Assembly (NCBI GenBank): GCA_033809015.1
Contig: JAPXMM010000001.1
Span: 1-47,493 of the forward strand
Length of the DNA: 47,493 nucleotides
From: Bacteroidales bacterium
GTDB taxonomy: Bacteria; Bacteroidota; Bacteroidia; Bacteroidales; DTU049
Direction of reading: 5' to 3'
Shown here: positions 9,423 through 17,603 of the stretch, piece by piece
Layout of the letters: every line of letters begins with the position of its first letter
How positions within the stretch are numbered: the first letter of the stretch is position 1
The notes under the pieces: model-generated
The model's database searches: none
Told to the model about the DNA's origin: nothing
Seen by the model: only the letters and a program-made list of their open reading frames with translations
Translations under genes and position numbers: made by a program

Positions 9423-10430
9423 ATGAAGCCTAATATTTTTAGTATAGCCACAAAGGAGCTGTCGCAAGACGGTTTTTTTACTTGGCTGTTGCAATGGGGA
9501 GCACCTGAAAATGAGAAAATCGACAGTAAATTGTTTAAATGTGCTCAAAATTTTATTAAACTCCTTTTGTCAACTCACAACATCGAAATTAAAGAAATAA
9601 CTAAAGTTGATGCAGGACGTCAATGGGAAAATATAGACATTTGGGCTAAAATAAATAATGAATATCTGATTATTATTGAAGATAAAACATTTACAGTAGA
9701 ACATTCTAATCAACTTGAAAAGTATAAAAAAACTGCTGCTGATTGTTGCGAAAAAAATAATTACAAATTAATTTGTATATATTTAAAAACTGGAGTACAA
9801 TCAAAGTCGTCACTTGAAAAGATTAGAAACAAAGGATTTCAAATAATTGACAGGAAAGAATTGATTACATTTTTTGAAAAAAATGTAGTTGATAATGATA
9901 TTTATAATGAATTTGTTGAAAATCTTAATTCGCTTGAAAGTTCCATAAATTCATTTGAAACTCTACCAATAAAGAAATGGGATCATTATAGTTGGCTAGG
10001 TTTTTATCAATTTTTAGACACAAAACTTGAAGGAAATGATTGGCAATATGTTCCTAATCCCTCTGGTGGTTTTTTAGGCTTATGGTGGCACTTTTTAAAA
10101 TGGAAAGATTATGATGTTTATTTACAAATAGAGCAAGGTAATTTGTGCTTTAAAATTGGAGGAGTATCTAAAAACCATAGTTCTGTTAGAAATGAATGGT
10201 TTTCGGTTTTATCAAAGCAGATAAAATCTGAAAATCTAGTTGAAATAAAAAAACCTCCTAGATATGGTAAAGGATATTTTATGACTGTAGGTATTGTTCG
10301 TCGAGAGGATTGGCTTGGGCAAGATGATAGTATATTAGACAAAGAACAAGTTATTCGTAATTTGAAAAAATATGAAAACTTCTTATCAAATTGCGTAAAA
10401 CAATCAAACACAGAAAGTAACATCATTTAA
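9423..10430 (+). CDS. PD-(D/E)XK-superfamily nuclease family protein (defence-island type)
   Basis: N-terminal MKPNIFSIATKELSQDGFFTWLL. Candidate catalytic motif ENIDIW-x9-LIIIEDK (D...ExK). No other recognisable domain. Confidence 0.6.
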   Translation: MKPNIFSIATKELSQDGFFTWLLQWGAPENEKIDSKLFKCAQNFIKLLLSTHNIEIKEITKVDAGRQWENIDIWAKINNEYLIIIEDKTFTVEHSNQLEKYKKTAADCCEKNNYKLICIYLKTGVQSKSSLEKIRNKGFQIIDRKELITFFEKNVVDNDIYNEFVENLNSLESSINSFETLPIKKWDHYSWLGFYQFLDTKLEGNDWQYVPNPSGGFLGLWWHFLKWKDYDVYLQIEQGNLCFKIGGVSKNHSSVRNEWFSVLSKQIKSENLVEIKKPPRYGKGYFMTVGIVRREDWLGQDDSILDKEQVIRNLKKYENFLSNCVKQSNTESNII

Positions 10431-10520
10431 AAAAATTCGGTAATTAGTGCGATATCGGGCGATATAGCTTGTATCAAAAGTCGTCGCTACTTGATAGAAT
10501 ATTGCTTCGAAATATGCAAT

Positions 10521-10737
10521 AAAAATCTACAGCTGTCCTTTGTATTGCATTTAAAAACAAAAAATCAAACATTATTTATAAATATTTGGCTAATTGACTT
10601 TCAAATAAAATAGTAGATTGGTTAAAAAAATTTTTAGATTGGGGAAATTTATTTGATTGATAAAATAATTATTTTTATTTTTGACAAAATTTTAAAAAAA
10701 TAACGGGGAAGCTGAAAATAGATTAGAGTAAGCAGAA
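10521..10737 (+). repeat. Cassette-upstream module, copy B (longest copy)
   Basis: 10521-10640 is nearly identical to 12568-12680 (copy C). 10567-10737 is paralogous to 9231-9405 (copy A). Confidence 0.85.
10676..10683 (+). promoter_or_regulatory. Bacteroidota-type -7 box (TAnnTTTG) inside module B
   Basis: 'tatttttg' lies 80 nt upstream of the ATG at 10763. Confidence 0.5.
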
Positions 10738-10762
10738 AATAATTAATATAAAATTAAAAATT

Positions 10763-12466
10763 ATGCAATTTAGACAAGAAAACCTCTTAACATTTTTTGA
10801 TAGCACACAGAGATATTTTATAATCCCTGTTTACCAAAGAGCATATTCTTGGGAAAAAAGAGAATGGCAAACTTTTTTAGATGATTTAAAAGAACAAATT
10901 GAAGGGGATAATAACTATTTTTTTGGAAATATTTTACTCGAACAAATAAAAGAAGGAATAGAATATGAAATAATTGATGGACAACAGAGATTGCTAACTT
11001 TAACAATTTTTATGCGGGCATTGATCAATGTTTTTGAAAAAAGAAAAGAAAGTGGTGAAAAAATTGATGTAAATATTGAAAGTAAAAAATCTATTTATTT
11101 AAAACATAATGGCAACATAAAATTACGTCCCGTTGATTATGATAGAGCCTGTTTTGAAGATCTTATTATTAACAATATTGATTGTGAAACGAATAGCATT
11201 TCACAACAACGAATGAAAGAAGCAAAAATATTTTTTACTGAAGCTTTAAATAAGGAATCAACTGGAACACTTTTGAATATTTTGGATAAAATTGAAAAAA
11301 CAAAATTAACAACTATAGAATTAGTTGGCAAAAAAGATGCAGCTTTAATGTTTGAATTACAAAATAATAGGGGCAAAGATTTAACAAATATTGAAAAATT
11401 AAAATCCTATTTTATGTATCAAATGTATGTTTATAGTCCTGAGGGTGAAACAGAAACAAATATTGAATACGTTTCAAATATATTTAAGAATATTTATCTT
11501 ACTATTAAAGATTTAAAAGAATTAGAAGAAGATAGTATTTTAATTTATCACTGTAATGCTTACATCAATGGATATAACTACAGAACTATATCAGATATTA
11601 AAGATACTTTCAAAAATTCTAGAAAAGATAAGGTGGAATGGATAAAACATTTTGTAAATGAATTACATACAACATTCTCAAATTTTAAACGACTTGAAAA
11701 CTCAAAACTTTCTTACTATCAAGATTTAAAAAGACTTAAAATTCCCTCGTTTGTTTACCCTTTTATCGTGAAAGGATACAAATTTTTCGGTGATTCCCAA
11801 GAAAAATTAAATTCACTTTTTCACATTTTAGAAGTTTTAGTATTTAGATATCAATTAATAAATAGTAGAGCAGACATAGAAAGTCGTTTAAATGAGATAT
11901 TAGTAAATTTCAATGGAGATTTAAAAAAACTAAAAATTGATTTACAAAACAAATTAAACGAAACTTGGTATTGGAATGATGAAAGAATTAGTGAATATTT
12001 AAACGGTGAGATGCATGAAAATAAAGTTTTACATTATTTACTGTGGAAATATGAAGATTATATTCAATCGGAAGGATATAATATTAAAAAAATAAAGCTT
12101 TTAAATGAACAAATTGAGCATATTGCGCCACAAACACCAACAAATGGAGATCCAATTGCTTCAGGTTATGAAATTAATAAAAATGGTGATTATGGCAGCA
12201 AATTTAAGAATGAATATTTGAATTGTTTGGGAAATTTAATGTTAATATCAGGTTCTCATAATAGTTCCATTGGAAATAAGCCTTTTAAAGAAAAACTAAA
12301 ATCGTATATAAAAAATCCACTTTTAAATCAACAAGCAGAAATAAAAGATTTTATAAGTGGGAATTTGAAAAATCCATTGTGGGATAAAACAGCAATAGAT
12401 AAAAGACACGAAAAAATACTTGATTTTGCCGAAAAAAAATGGAGTTTTGATAACGTGATAATATAA
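10763..12466 (+). CDS. DUF262 (ParB-like NTPase) plus DUF1524 (His-Me finger) protein, GmrSD-like type IV restriction enzyme
   Basis: N-terminal IPVYQRAYSWEKREW and IIDGQQRLLTLTIF are DUF262 hallmarks. C-terminal EQIEHIAPQTP...LGNLMLISGSHNSSIGNKPF is the DUF1524/HNH-like motif. Confidence 0.8.
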   Translation: MQFRQENLLTFFDSTQRYFIIPVYQRAYSWEKREWQTFLDDLKEQIEGDNNYFFGNILLEQIKEGIEYEIIDGQQRLLTLTIFMRALINVFEKRKESGEKIDVNIESKKSIYLKHNGNIKLRPVDYDRACFEDLIINNIDCETNSISQQRMKEAKIFFTEALNKESTGTLLNILDKIEKTKLTTIELVGKKDAALMFELQNNRGKDLTNIEKLKSYFMYQMYVYSPEGETETNIEYVSNIFKNIYLTIKDLKELEEDSILIYHCNAYINGYNYRTISDIKDTFKNSRKDKVEWIKHFVNELHTTFSNFKRLENSKLSYYQDLKRLKIPSFVYPFIVKGYKFFGDSQEKLNSLFHILEVLVFRYQLINSRADIESRLNEILVNFNGDLKKLKIDLQNKLNETWYWNDERISEYLNGEMHENKVLHYLLWKYEDYIQSEGYNIKKIKLLNEQIEHIAPQTPTNGDPIASGYEINKNGDYGSKFKNEYLNCLGNLMLISGSHNSSIGNKPFKEKLKSYIKNPLLNQQAEIKDFISGNLKNPLWDKTAIDKRHEKILDFAEKKWSFDNVII

Positions 12467-12567
12467 AAGGTGGCTAACAAGCGGTATAGTTTATTGTCTA
12501 GATCATCCTGAAATCAACGGTAGCAGCTAGTTTCAAATTTCCTGCAGGTTTGCTTGGAATCTTAAAC

Positions 12568-12700
12568 AAAAATCTACTGCTGTCCGTTGTATGGCATTTA
12601 AAAACAAAAAATCAAACATTATTTATAAATATTTGGCTAATTGACTTTCAAATAAAGTAGATTGGTTTAAAAAAAACTTGTAATTAAAAAAATTTATATA
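12568..12700 (+). repeat. Cassette-upstream module, copy C (5' part only)
   Basis: 'aaaaatctactgctgtccgttgtatggcatttaaaaacaaaaaatcaaacattatttataaatatttggctaattgactttcaaataaagtagattggttt' matches copy B. It lacks the 'aacggggaagctg' leader segment. Confidence 0.8.
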
Positions 12701-12727
12701 TCTTCGTAAAGTAGAATTCTAAATATT

Positions 12728-13069
12728 ATGAGAAATTATCTATGTAAAAAATGTGCCACTCTCGTTAAAAGTGACAAAAAACCAATTATTTTTAATTGTC
12801 CTAGTGGAGGAAATCATCAATGGACTGATTTGGGTGAAGTTGGGACTACTAATTATCAATGTCAAAAATGTGCTACACACGTTAAAAGTCTCAAAAAACC
12901 AATTAGTTTTGATTGTCCTAGTGGGGGAAATCATCAGTGGACTGATTTAGGCGAAGTTGGGGATAATAATTATCAATGTCAAAAATGTGGGCTACTTCTA
13001 AAATCACAAAAAAAGCCAATTAGTTTTAATTGTCCTAGTGGAGGAAATCATCAATGGACACAGCTCTAA
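12728..13069 (+). CDS. Small protein made of three tandem 39-aa zinc-ribbon-like repeats (CxxC-x13-CPSGGNH)
   Basis: The repeat NY(L/Q)C(K/Q)KC..(V/L)KS.KKPI.F(N/D)CPSGGNHQWT(D/Q)LGEVG occurs at aa 3-41, 42-80 and 81-113. Nucleotide repeats are 12734-12850, 12851-12967 and 12968-13066. Confidence 0.6.
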   Translation: MRNYLCKKCATLVKSDKKPIIFNCPSGGNHQWTDLGEVGTTNYQCQKCATHVKSLKKPISFDCPSGGNHQWTDLGEVGDNNYQCQKCGLLLKSQKKPISFNCPSGGNHQWTQL

Positions 13070-13073
13070 TTAT

Positions 13074-13153
13074 ATGAAGTCAAACATTTTTTGTATAACC
13101 ACAAAAGAGCTGTCTCAAGATGGTAAAGAATAGACATCTCTGCTAAAATAATT
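13074..13153 (+). pseudogene. Decayed 5' fragment of a second PD-(D/E)XK nuclease gene (paralog of 9423-10430)
   Basis: atgaagtcaaacattttttgtataaccacaaaagagctgtctcaagatggt encodes MKSNIFCITTKELSQDG, versus MKPNIFSIATKELSQDG at 9423. A stop follows at 13131. Then 'aatagacatctctgctaaaataa' resembles 9631-9654 'atatagacatttgggctaaaataa', which implies internal deletion and truncation. Confidence 0.7.
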
Positions 13154-13198
13154 TACCCACAATAAACGTTATAGAAACAAAAATAAATTTAATAATAT

Positions 13199-14143
13199 AT
13201 GAATAATAAAAATGAAGGCTTGATAGAAACTAATTTTAGCTTTCCTAGCCAAATAAATTCACATAAAGGGAAAGTACGTGATATTTATGAATTTGATAAT
13301 CTAATATTAATGATCGTAACAGATAGAATATCTGCATTTGACGTTATATTACCACAACCAATCCCATACAAAGGACAAGTATTAAATCAAATTGCTGATT
13401 ATTTCCTTGATAGTACTAAAGATATTTTACCTAATTGGAAAATAATATGTCCTCATCCTATGTGTATGCTTGGTCATAAAGCCATTCCTTTTAAAGTAGA
13501 AATGGTCATCAGAGGATATCTAAGTGGTCATGCTTGGAGAGAATATAAAGATGGCAAACGCACTCTCTGCGGTCAACCATTACCAGATGGGTTAAAAGAA
13601 AATGATCCTTTCCCCCACCCTATCATTACTCCTACTACAAAAGCTATAGAAGGACATGATGAAGATATCGCACCAGAAGAAATTATCAGTGCTGGCTTGG
13701 TGTCTAAAGAAGATTATTCGAAACTCGAAAATTATACTTTGCAATTATTCGAAAGAGGTACACAATTAGCTAAACAAAAAGGCCTTATTCTAGTAGATAC
13801 AAAATACGAATTTGGAAAATTAAATGAGGAAATTATTCTCATTGATGAAATACACACTCCTGACTCTTCCAGATATTTCTATGCTGAGGGTTATGAAGAA
13901 AGACAAAAACTAGGACAACCACAAAAACAATTATCTAAAGAATTTGTTCGTGAATGGCTTATGGATCAAGGATTCTCTGGGCAAGATAATCAAAAAGTTC
14001 CTATTATGCCACCAGAGATTATTCACGAAGTTTCTCATAGATATATAGAACTATACGAAATGCTGACAGGTAAAGTCTTTCAACCTATTAATTATAATCA
14101 TCTGGAAGAAGAAATGCAAAAAAATATCTTGAAATATTTATAA
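13199..14143 (+). CDS. purC: Phosphoribosylaminoimidazole-succinocarboxamide (SAICAR) synthase
   Basis: GKVRDIYEF...[23 protein letters not shown] and [11 protein letters not shown]. Length matches the long PurC type. Confidence 0.9.
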   Translation: MNNKNEGLIETNFSFPSQINSHKGKVRDIYEFDNLILMIVTDRISAFDVILPQPIPYKGQVLNQIADYFLDSTKDILPNWKIICPHPMCMLGHKAIPFKVEMVIRGYLSGHAWREYKDGKRTLCGQPLPDGLKENDPFPHPIITPTTKAIEGHDEDIAPEEIISAGLVSKEDYSKLENYTLQLFERGTQLAKQKGLILVDTKYEFGKLNEEIILIDEIHTPDSSRYFYAEGYEERQKLGQPQKQLSKEFVREWLMDQGFSGQDNQKVPIMPPEIIHEVSHRYIELYEMLTGKVFQPINYNHLEEEMQKNILKYL

Positions 14144-14147
14144 AATT

Positions 14148-14372
14148 AAAATAGGCTTTTAGCAAATAATTTTTCTAAATATTTTTTATTAATAGATTGA
14201 CATCAAAATTAATTCTTTGCTCGAATTAATACCGCATTTTTCAATCTAATAATTATGTTTCTTTTTATAGTTGAAAAATAAAGATTTTAACAAGAAATAT
14301 TAAACTCTTATAAAATCTGGCTTTGCTTATATATTTACAATAATAATTTAATTATTAATTAAACACCTATTT
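14148..14372. repeat. MITE-like intergenic repeat, copy 2
   Basis: Termini are 'aaaataggcttttagcaaataattttt' and 'aataatttaattattaattaaacacctatt', imperfectly inverted to each other. Internal hairpin 'tttctttttatagttgaaaaataaag'. Homologous to copies at 133-260, 22330-22492, 24017-24291 and 37274-37808. Confidence 0.65.
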
Positions 14373-14472
14373 CAATAATATTAATAAAAGAATAAATAAT
14401 AATATGATGATTTATTATAAAATATTTATTTCTTTTTAAATTGAAAAATCATTATTTACAAACTAAGTTTAA

Positions 14473-15129
14473 TTATTTAACAATGCAACCATCTTTAATG
14501 TATATAATCCTATCTGAGATATTAGCAAAAGACTCTTGATGAGTTACCAATATAATAGTTAGATTTGCCTGATTGTGTAATCTTTTAAAAAGATTTATGA
14601 CCTCTTCTGCATTTTGGCTATCTAGGTTTCCTGTTGGCTCATCAGCTAATAAAAATTTAGGATCATTTATCAAAGCTCTAGCAATAGCAACGCGTTGTTG
14701 CTCACCACCAGATAATTCTTGCGGTTTATGAGTTAGCCGATGCTTCAGATTTAATTCAGTCAATAATCTCTCAGCTTTCACTGTAGCCTTTTCTTTACTA
14801 ATACCTGCTATTAATGCGGGCAGCATTACATTTTCTATTGCAGAAAATTCAGGTAATAAATGATGAAATTGGAAGACAAAACCAATATTTTTATTGCGAA
14901 AATTACTTAATTCTTTATCATTCAATTTATAAATATCTTTATCATCATATTTCACGGTACCTTTATCTGGTTTTTCTAGAGTACCTATTAAATGCAATAA
15001 AGTAGATTTACCAGCTCCACTAGGACCTACTATTGATATGAATTCATTATCTAAAATTTCTAAATTTATATCTTTTAATACTTCTACTGGTTTAAAAGTT
15101 TTGTATACGTTTTCTAATTTGATTTTCAT
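14473..15129 (-). CDS. ABC transporter ATP-binding protein (LolD/FtsE/MacB-type)
   Basis: Walker [12 protein letters not shown], signature [15 protein letters not shown], Walker [14 protein letters not shown]-loop VTHQ. Confidence 0.9.
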   Translation of the reverse strand: MKIKLENVYKTFKPVEVLKDINLEILDNEFISIVGPSGAGKSTLLHLIGTLEKPDKGTVKYDDKDIYKLNDKELSNFRNKNIGFVFQFHHLLPEFSAIENVMLPALIAGISKEKATVKAERLLTELNLKHRLTHKPQELSGGEQQRVAIARALINDPKFLLADEPTGNLDSQNAEEVINLFKRLHNQANLTIILVTHQESFANISDRIIYIKDGCIVK

Positions 15130-15175
15130 TATTATTACTCAAAATTTTTTTAAAATTTATCTATAAAAAGTTAAA

Positions 15176-17221
15176 TCATTTAACTTTATCACCTGGATTA
15201 GCATTATCATCAGCAAAAACAGGTAGCAATCTACCATCTTTATTTTCAGCGAAAATAACCATTCCTTCAGACTCTATTCCTCTTATTTTCTTTTTTTCTA
15301 AGTTTGCAACCACTATTACATTTTTGCCAATAATCTCATCAGGTTTTATATGCTGAGCTATACCAGATATTATTGTACGAGTTATACCACCGAAATCTAT
15401 TTCTAATTTTAAAAGTTTATCTGCATCTGGAACTTTATCTACAGATAGCACTTTGCCTACACGCAAATCAATTTTGTCGAAATCTTCCCATTTTATTGCT
15501 GGTTTGAGGTCAGATAACTTATTTTGAATAATAGTTTTGTTATCATTTTGATGTAATTTATTTAATTGCTTTTCGATCATTTCATCAGTGATTTGTTCGA
15601 AAAGTATAGATGGTTCAGCGATCATATCACCAGTTTTTAATAAAGGACTACCTATGCTATCCCAATCTAATAAGTCAATATTTAAAGTTTCACGTAATTT
15701 TTTAGCAGTGAACGGCAGAAAAGGTTCGCTAAGTAAAGCTAAATTTGCTATTATTTGTAAAACATTGTAAATAATTCCTTCAGTAATATTTGGGCTAGAT
15801 TTCACTAATTTCCACGGTTCTTTTTCTGTTAAATATTTATTGCCAAATCTAGCAACATCCATCATAGAATTTAGAGCATCACGAAATCTAAATTGCTCTA
15901 AATGATTACTTACCTCATCACGTTTATTTGCTATAAAAGAGTAAATCCTTTCTTCATCCTCAAACAAGAAATTTTCTGGAACTTTGCCATTATAATATTT
16001 ATGAGTTAATACAATAGCTCTATTAACTAGATTGCCATAAATAGCAGCTAATTCATTATTATTATGTTGTTGAAAATTTTTCCAAGTGAAATCATTATCT
16101 TTAGTTTCAGGCATATTAGCAGTGAGCACATATCTAAGTACATCTTGTTTACCAGGGAAATCTTCTAAATATTCATTTAACCACACAGCCCAGTTACGAG
16201 AAGTAGAAATTTTTTTACCTTCTAAATTCATAAATTCATTAGCAGGGACGTTATCTGGTAATATGTATGAGCCATCCATCTTTAGCATAGTGGGGAAAAT
16301 AATACAATGAAAAACTATATTATCTTTACCTATGAAATGTATTAATCTGGTTTGCTGATCTTTCCAATAAACTTGCCAATCCTTGCCTTCTCTTGCAGCC
16401 CAATCAATGGTGGCAGAGACATATCCTAATGGAGCCTCAAACCAAACATATAAAACTTTTCCTTGAGCTTCTGGTAAAGGAACAGGAACACCCCAATCTA
16501 AATCTCTTGTTACAGCTCTTGGTTGTAGACCATTGTCTAGCCAACTTTTACATTGGCCATAAACATTTGTTTTCCATTCTTTATGCTCTTCTAAAATCCA
16601 TTGCCTCAACCAAGGTTCATATTTATCTAAAGGTAGATACCAATGCATTGTCTCTTTTAATACTGGCTTACTACCAGATAATGTTGAGTGTGGATTTATA
16701 AGCTCCTGTGGACTGAGTAACGAACCACATTTCTCACATTGATCTCCATATGCTTCATCATAGCCACAATTAGGACAAGTACCTACAATATATCTATCAG
16801 CTAAAAACTGGCCTGCTTCTTCATCGAAATATTGTAAACTTTCCTGAGTGATTAATTCACCTTTATTGAGTAAATTAAGAAAAAAATCTTGACTGAGCTT
16901 ATGATGTGTTTGACTAGATGTACGCGAATAGATGTCAAAGCTAATACCAAATTCTTCAAAAGAACTTTTTATGATATTATGATAATGATCTACGATCTGC
17001 TGAGGTGATACTCCCTCCTTTTTTGCTCTAATAGTGATGGGAACACCATGCTCATCACTACCTCCTACAAATAATACTTCTCTGCCTCTCATCCTTAGAT
17101 ATCTAACATATATATCTGCTGGTACATATACTCCTGCTAAATGACCAATATGAATGGGACCATAAGCATATCGTAATGCTGTAGTAATAGTGTATCTTTT
17201 AAAATTCTTAGCTTCCGACAT
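15176..17221 (-). CDS. metG: Methionine--tRNA ligase with C-terminal tRNA-binding (EMAP/Trbp111-like) domain
   Basis: HIGH motif (PIHIGHLAG), KMSKS-like KISTSR, and a Zn knuckle [19 protein letters not shown]-terminal [10 protein letters not shown]...GIESEGMV. Start set to the ATG at 17221 (MSEAKNF...), because the upstream 17 codons of the ORF-track model are translated promoter repeat. Confidence 0.92.
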   Translation of the reverse strand: MSEAKNFKRYTITTALRYAYGPIHIGHLAGVYVPADIYVRYLRMRGREVLFVGGSDEHGVPITIRAKKEGVSPQQIVDHYHNIIKSSFEEFGISFDIYSRTSSQTHHKLSQDFFLNLLNKGELITQESLQYFDEEAGQFLADRYIVGTCPNCGYDEAYGDQCEKCGSLLSPQELINPHSTLSGSKPVLKETMHWYLPLDKYEPWLRQWILEEHKEWKTNVYGQCKSWLDNGLQPRAVTRDLDWGVPVPLPEAQGKVLYVWFEAPLGYVSATIDWAAREGKDWQVYWKDQQTRLIHFIGKDNIVFHCIIFPTMLKMDGSYILPDNVPANEFMNLEGKKISTSRNWAVWLNEYLEDFPGKQDVLRYVLTANMPETKDNDFTWKNFQQHNNNELAAIYGNLVNRAIVLTHKYYNGKVPENFLFEDEERIYSFIANKRDEVSNHLEQFRFRDALNSMMDVARFGNKYLTEKEPWKLVKSSPNITEGIIYNVLQIIANLALLSEPFLPFTAKKLRETLNIDLLDWDSIGSPLLKTGDMIAEPSILFEQITDEMIEKQLNKLHQNDNKTIIQNKLSDLKPAIKWEDFDKIDLRVGKVLSVDKVPDADKLLKLEIDFGGITRTIISGIAQHIKPDEIIGKNVIVVANLEKKKIRGIESEGMVIFAENKDGRLLPVFADDNANPGDKVK

Positions 17222-17228
17222 AAAAAAA

Positions 17229-17282
17229 AGTTTTATATTTTGCAAAAATAATAAAAGTTTTATATTTTGCAAAAATAATAAA
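17229..17282 (-). promoter_or_regulatory. Perfect 27-bp tandem duplication carrying the metG -7 promoter box twice
   Basis: 'agttttatattttgcaaaaataataaa' occurs twice, at 17229-17255 and 17256-17282. On the minus strand each unit contains TATTTTTG (plus-strand 'caaaaata' at 17243-17250 and 17270-17277). Confidence 0.6.
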
Positions 17283-17603
17283 AATTATAGTGAATTATTT
17301 AAAGACACATTGAATAAAAATTTTGGTTCTATAACGTTTACTATGAGTAAAGATTAAAAATGATTTATTTTATAAAAGATTTGATAATATTTGTTAATAA
17401 AAACCACTAAGTTCTCAAAATAATCACAAAGGACACAGTGAAGGATAGAATTAACGCAATAACAATATCAAATAACACTTTGTGAACTTTGTGTAATAAC
17501 TTTATGCTCTTTGTGTTAAAAAAAATATCTAAATATTAAAGATATTTATTTTTATGTAATAATCTTAAATTTTATTACCTATTCGAGACGTTAAAAAACC
17601 AAA

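Noticed and set aside
12467-12600. Possible integron attC site after the GmrSD-like gene. 'ggctaacaagcgg' resembles an RYYYAAC inverse core, and the distal 'ctactgctgtccgttgtatggc' is partly complementary to it.
   Set aside because: The distal end 'gttgtat' does not fit GTTRRRY. Complementarity between the two ends is poor. The equivalent region after ORF 9423 (10431-10560) shows no such pairing. No intI-like gene is in the window. The distal segment is better explained as part of the repeated upstream module shared by copies B and C.
9231-12700. The three repeated modules as a CRISPR-like or type III TA repeat array.
   Set aside because: The units are 130-215 bp, are separated by 1-1.7 kb protein-coding genes, and are not short regular direct repeats with spacers.
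12740-12950. ORFs 12740-12934 (-) and 12753-12950 (+), which overlap the zinc-ribbon gene.
   Set aside because: They are alternative frames of the same DNA repeat. Only the 12728-13069 frame gives a Cys/His-patterned repeat with a start codon placed after the module.
17222-17272. N-terminal extension of metG in the ORF track ([17 protein letters not shown]).
   Set aside because: It is the translation of the 27-bp tandem promoter repeat. The conserved MetRS N-terminus begins at [14 protein letters not shown] (ATG at 17221).
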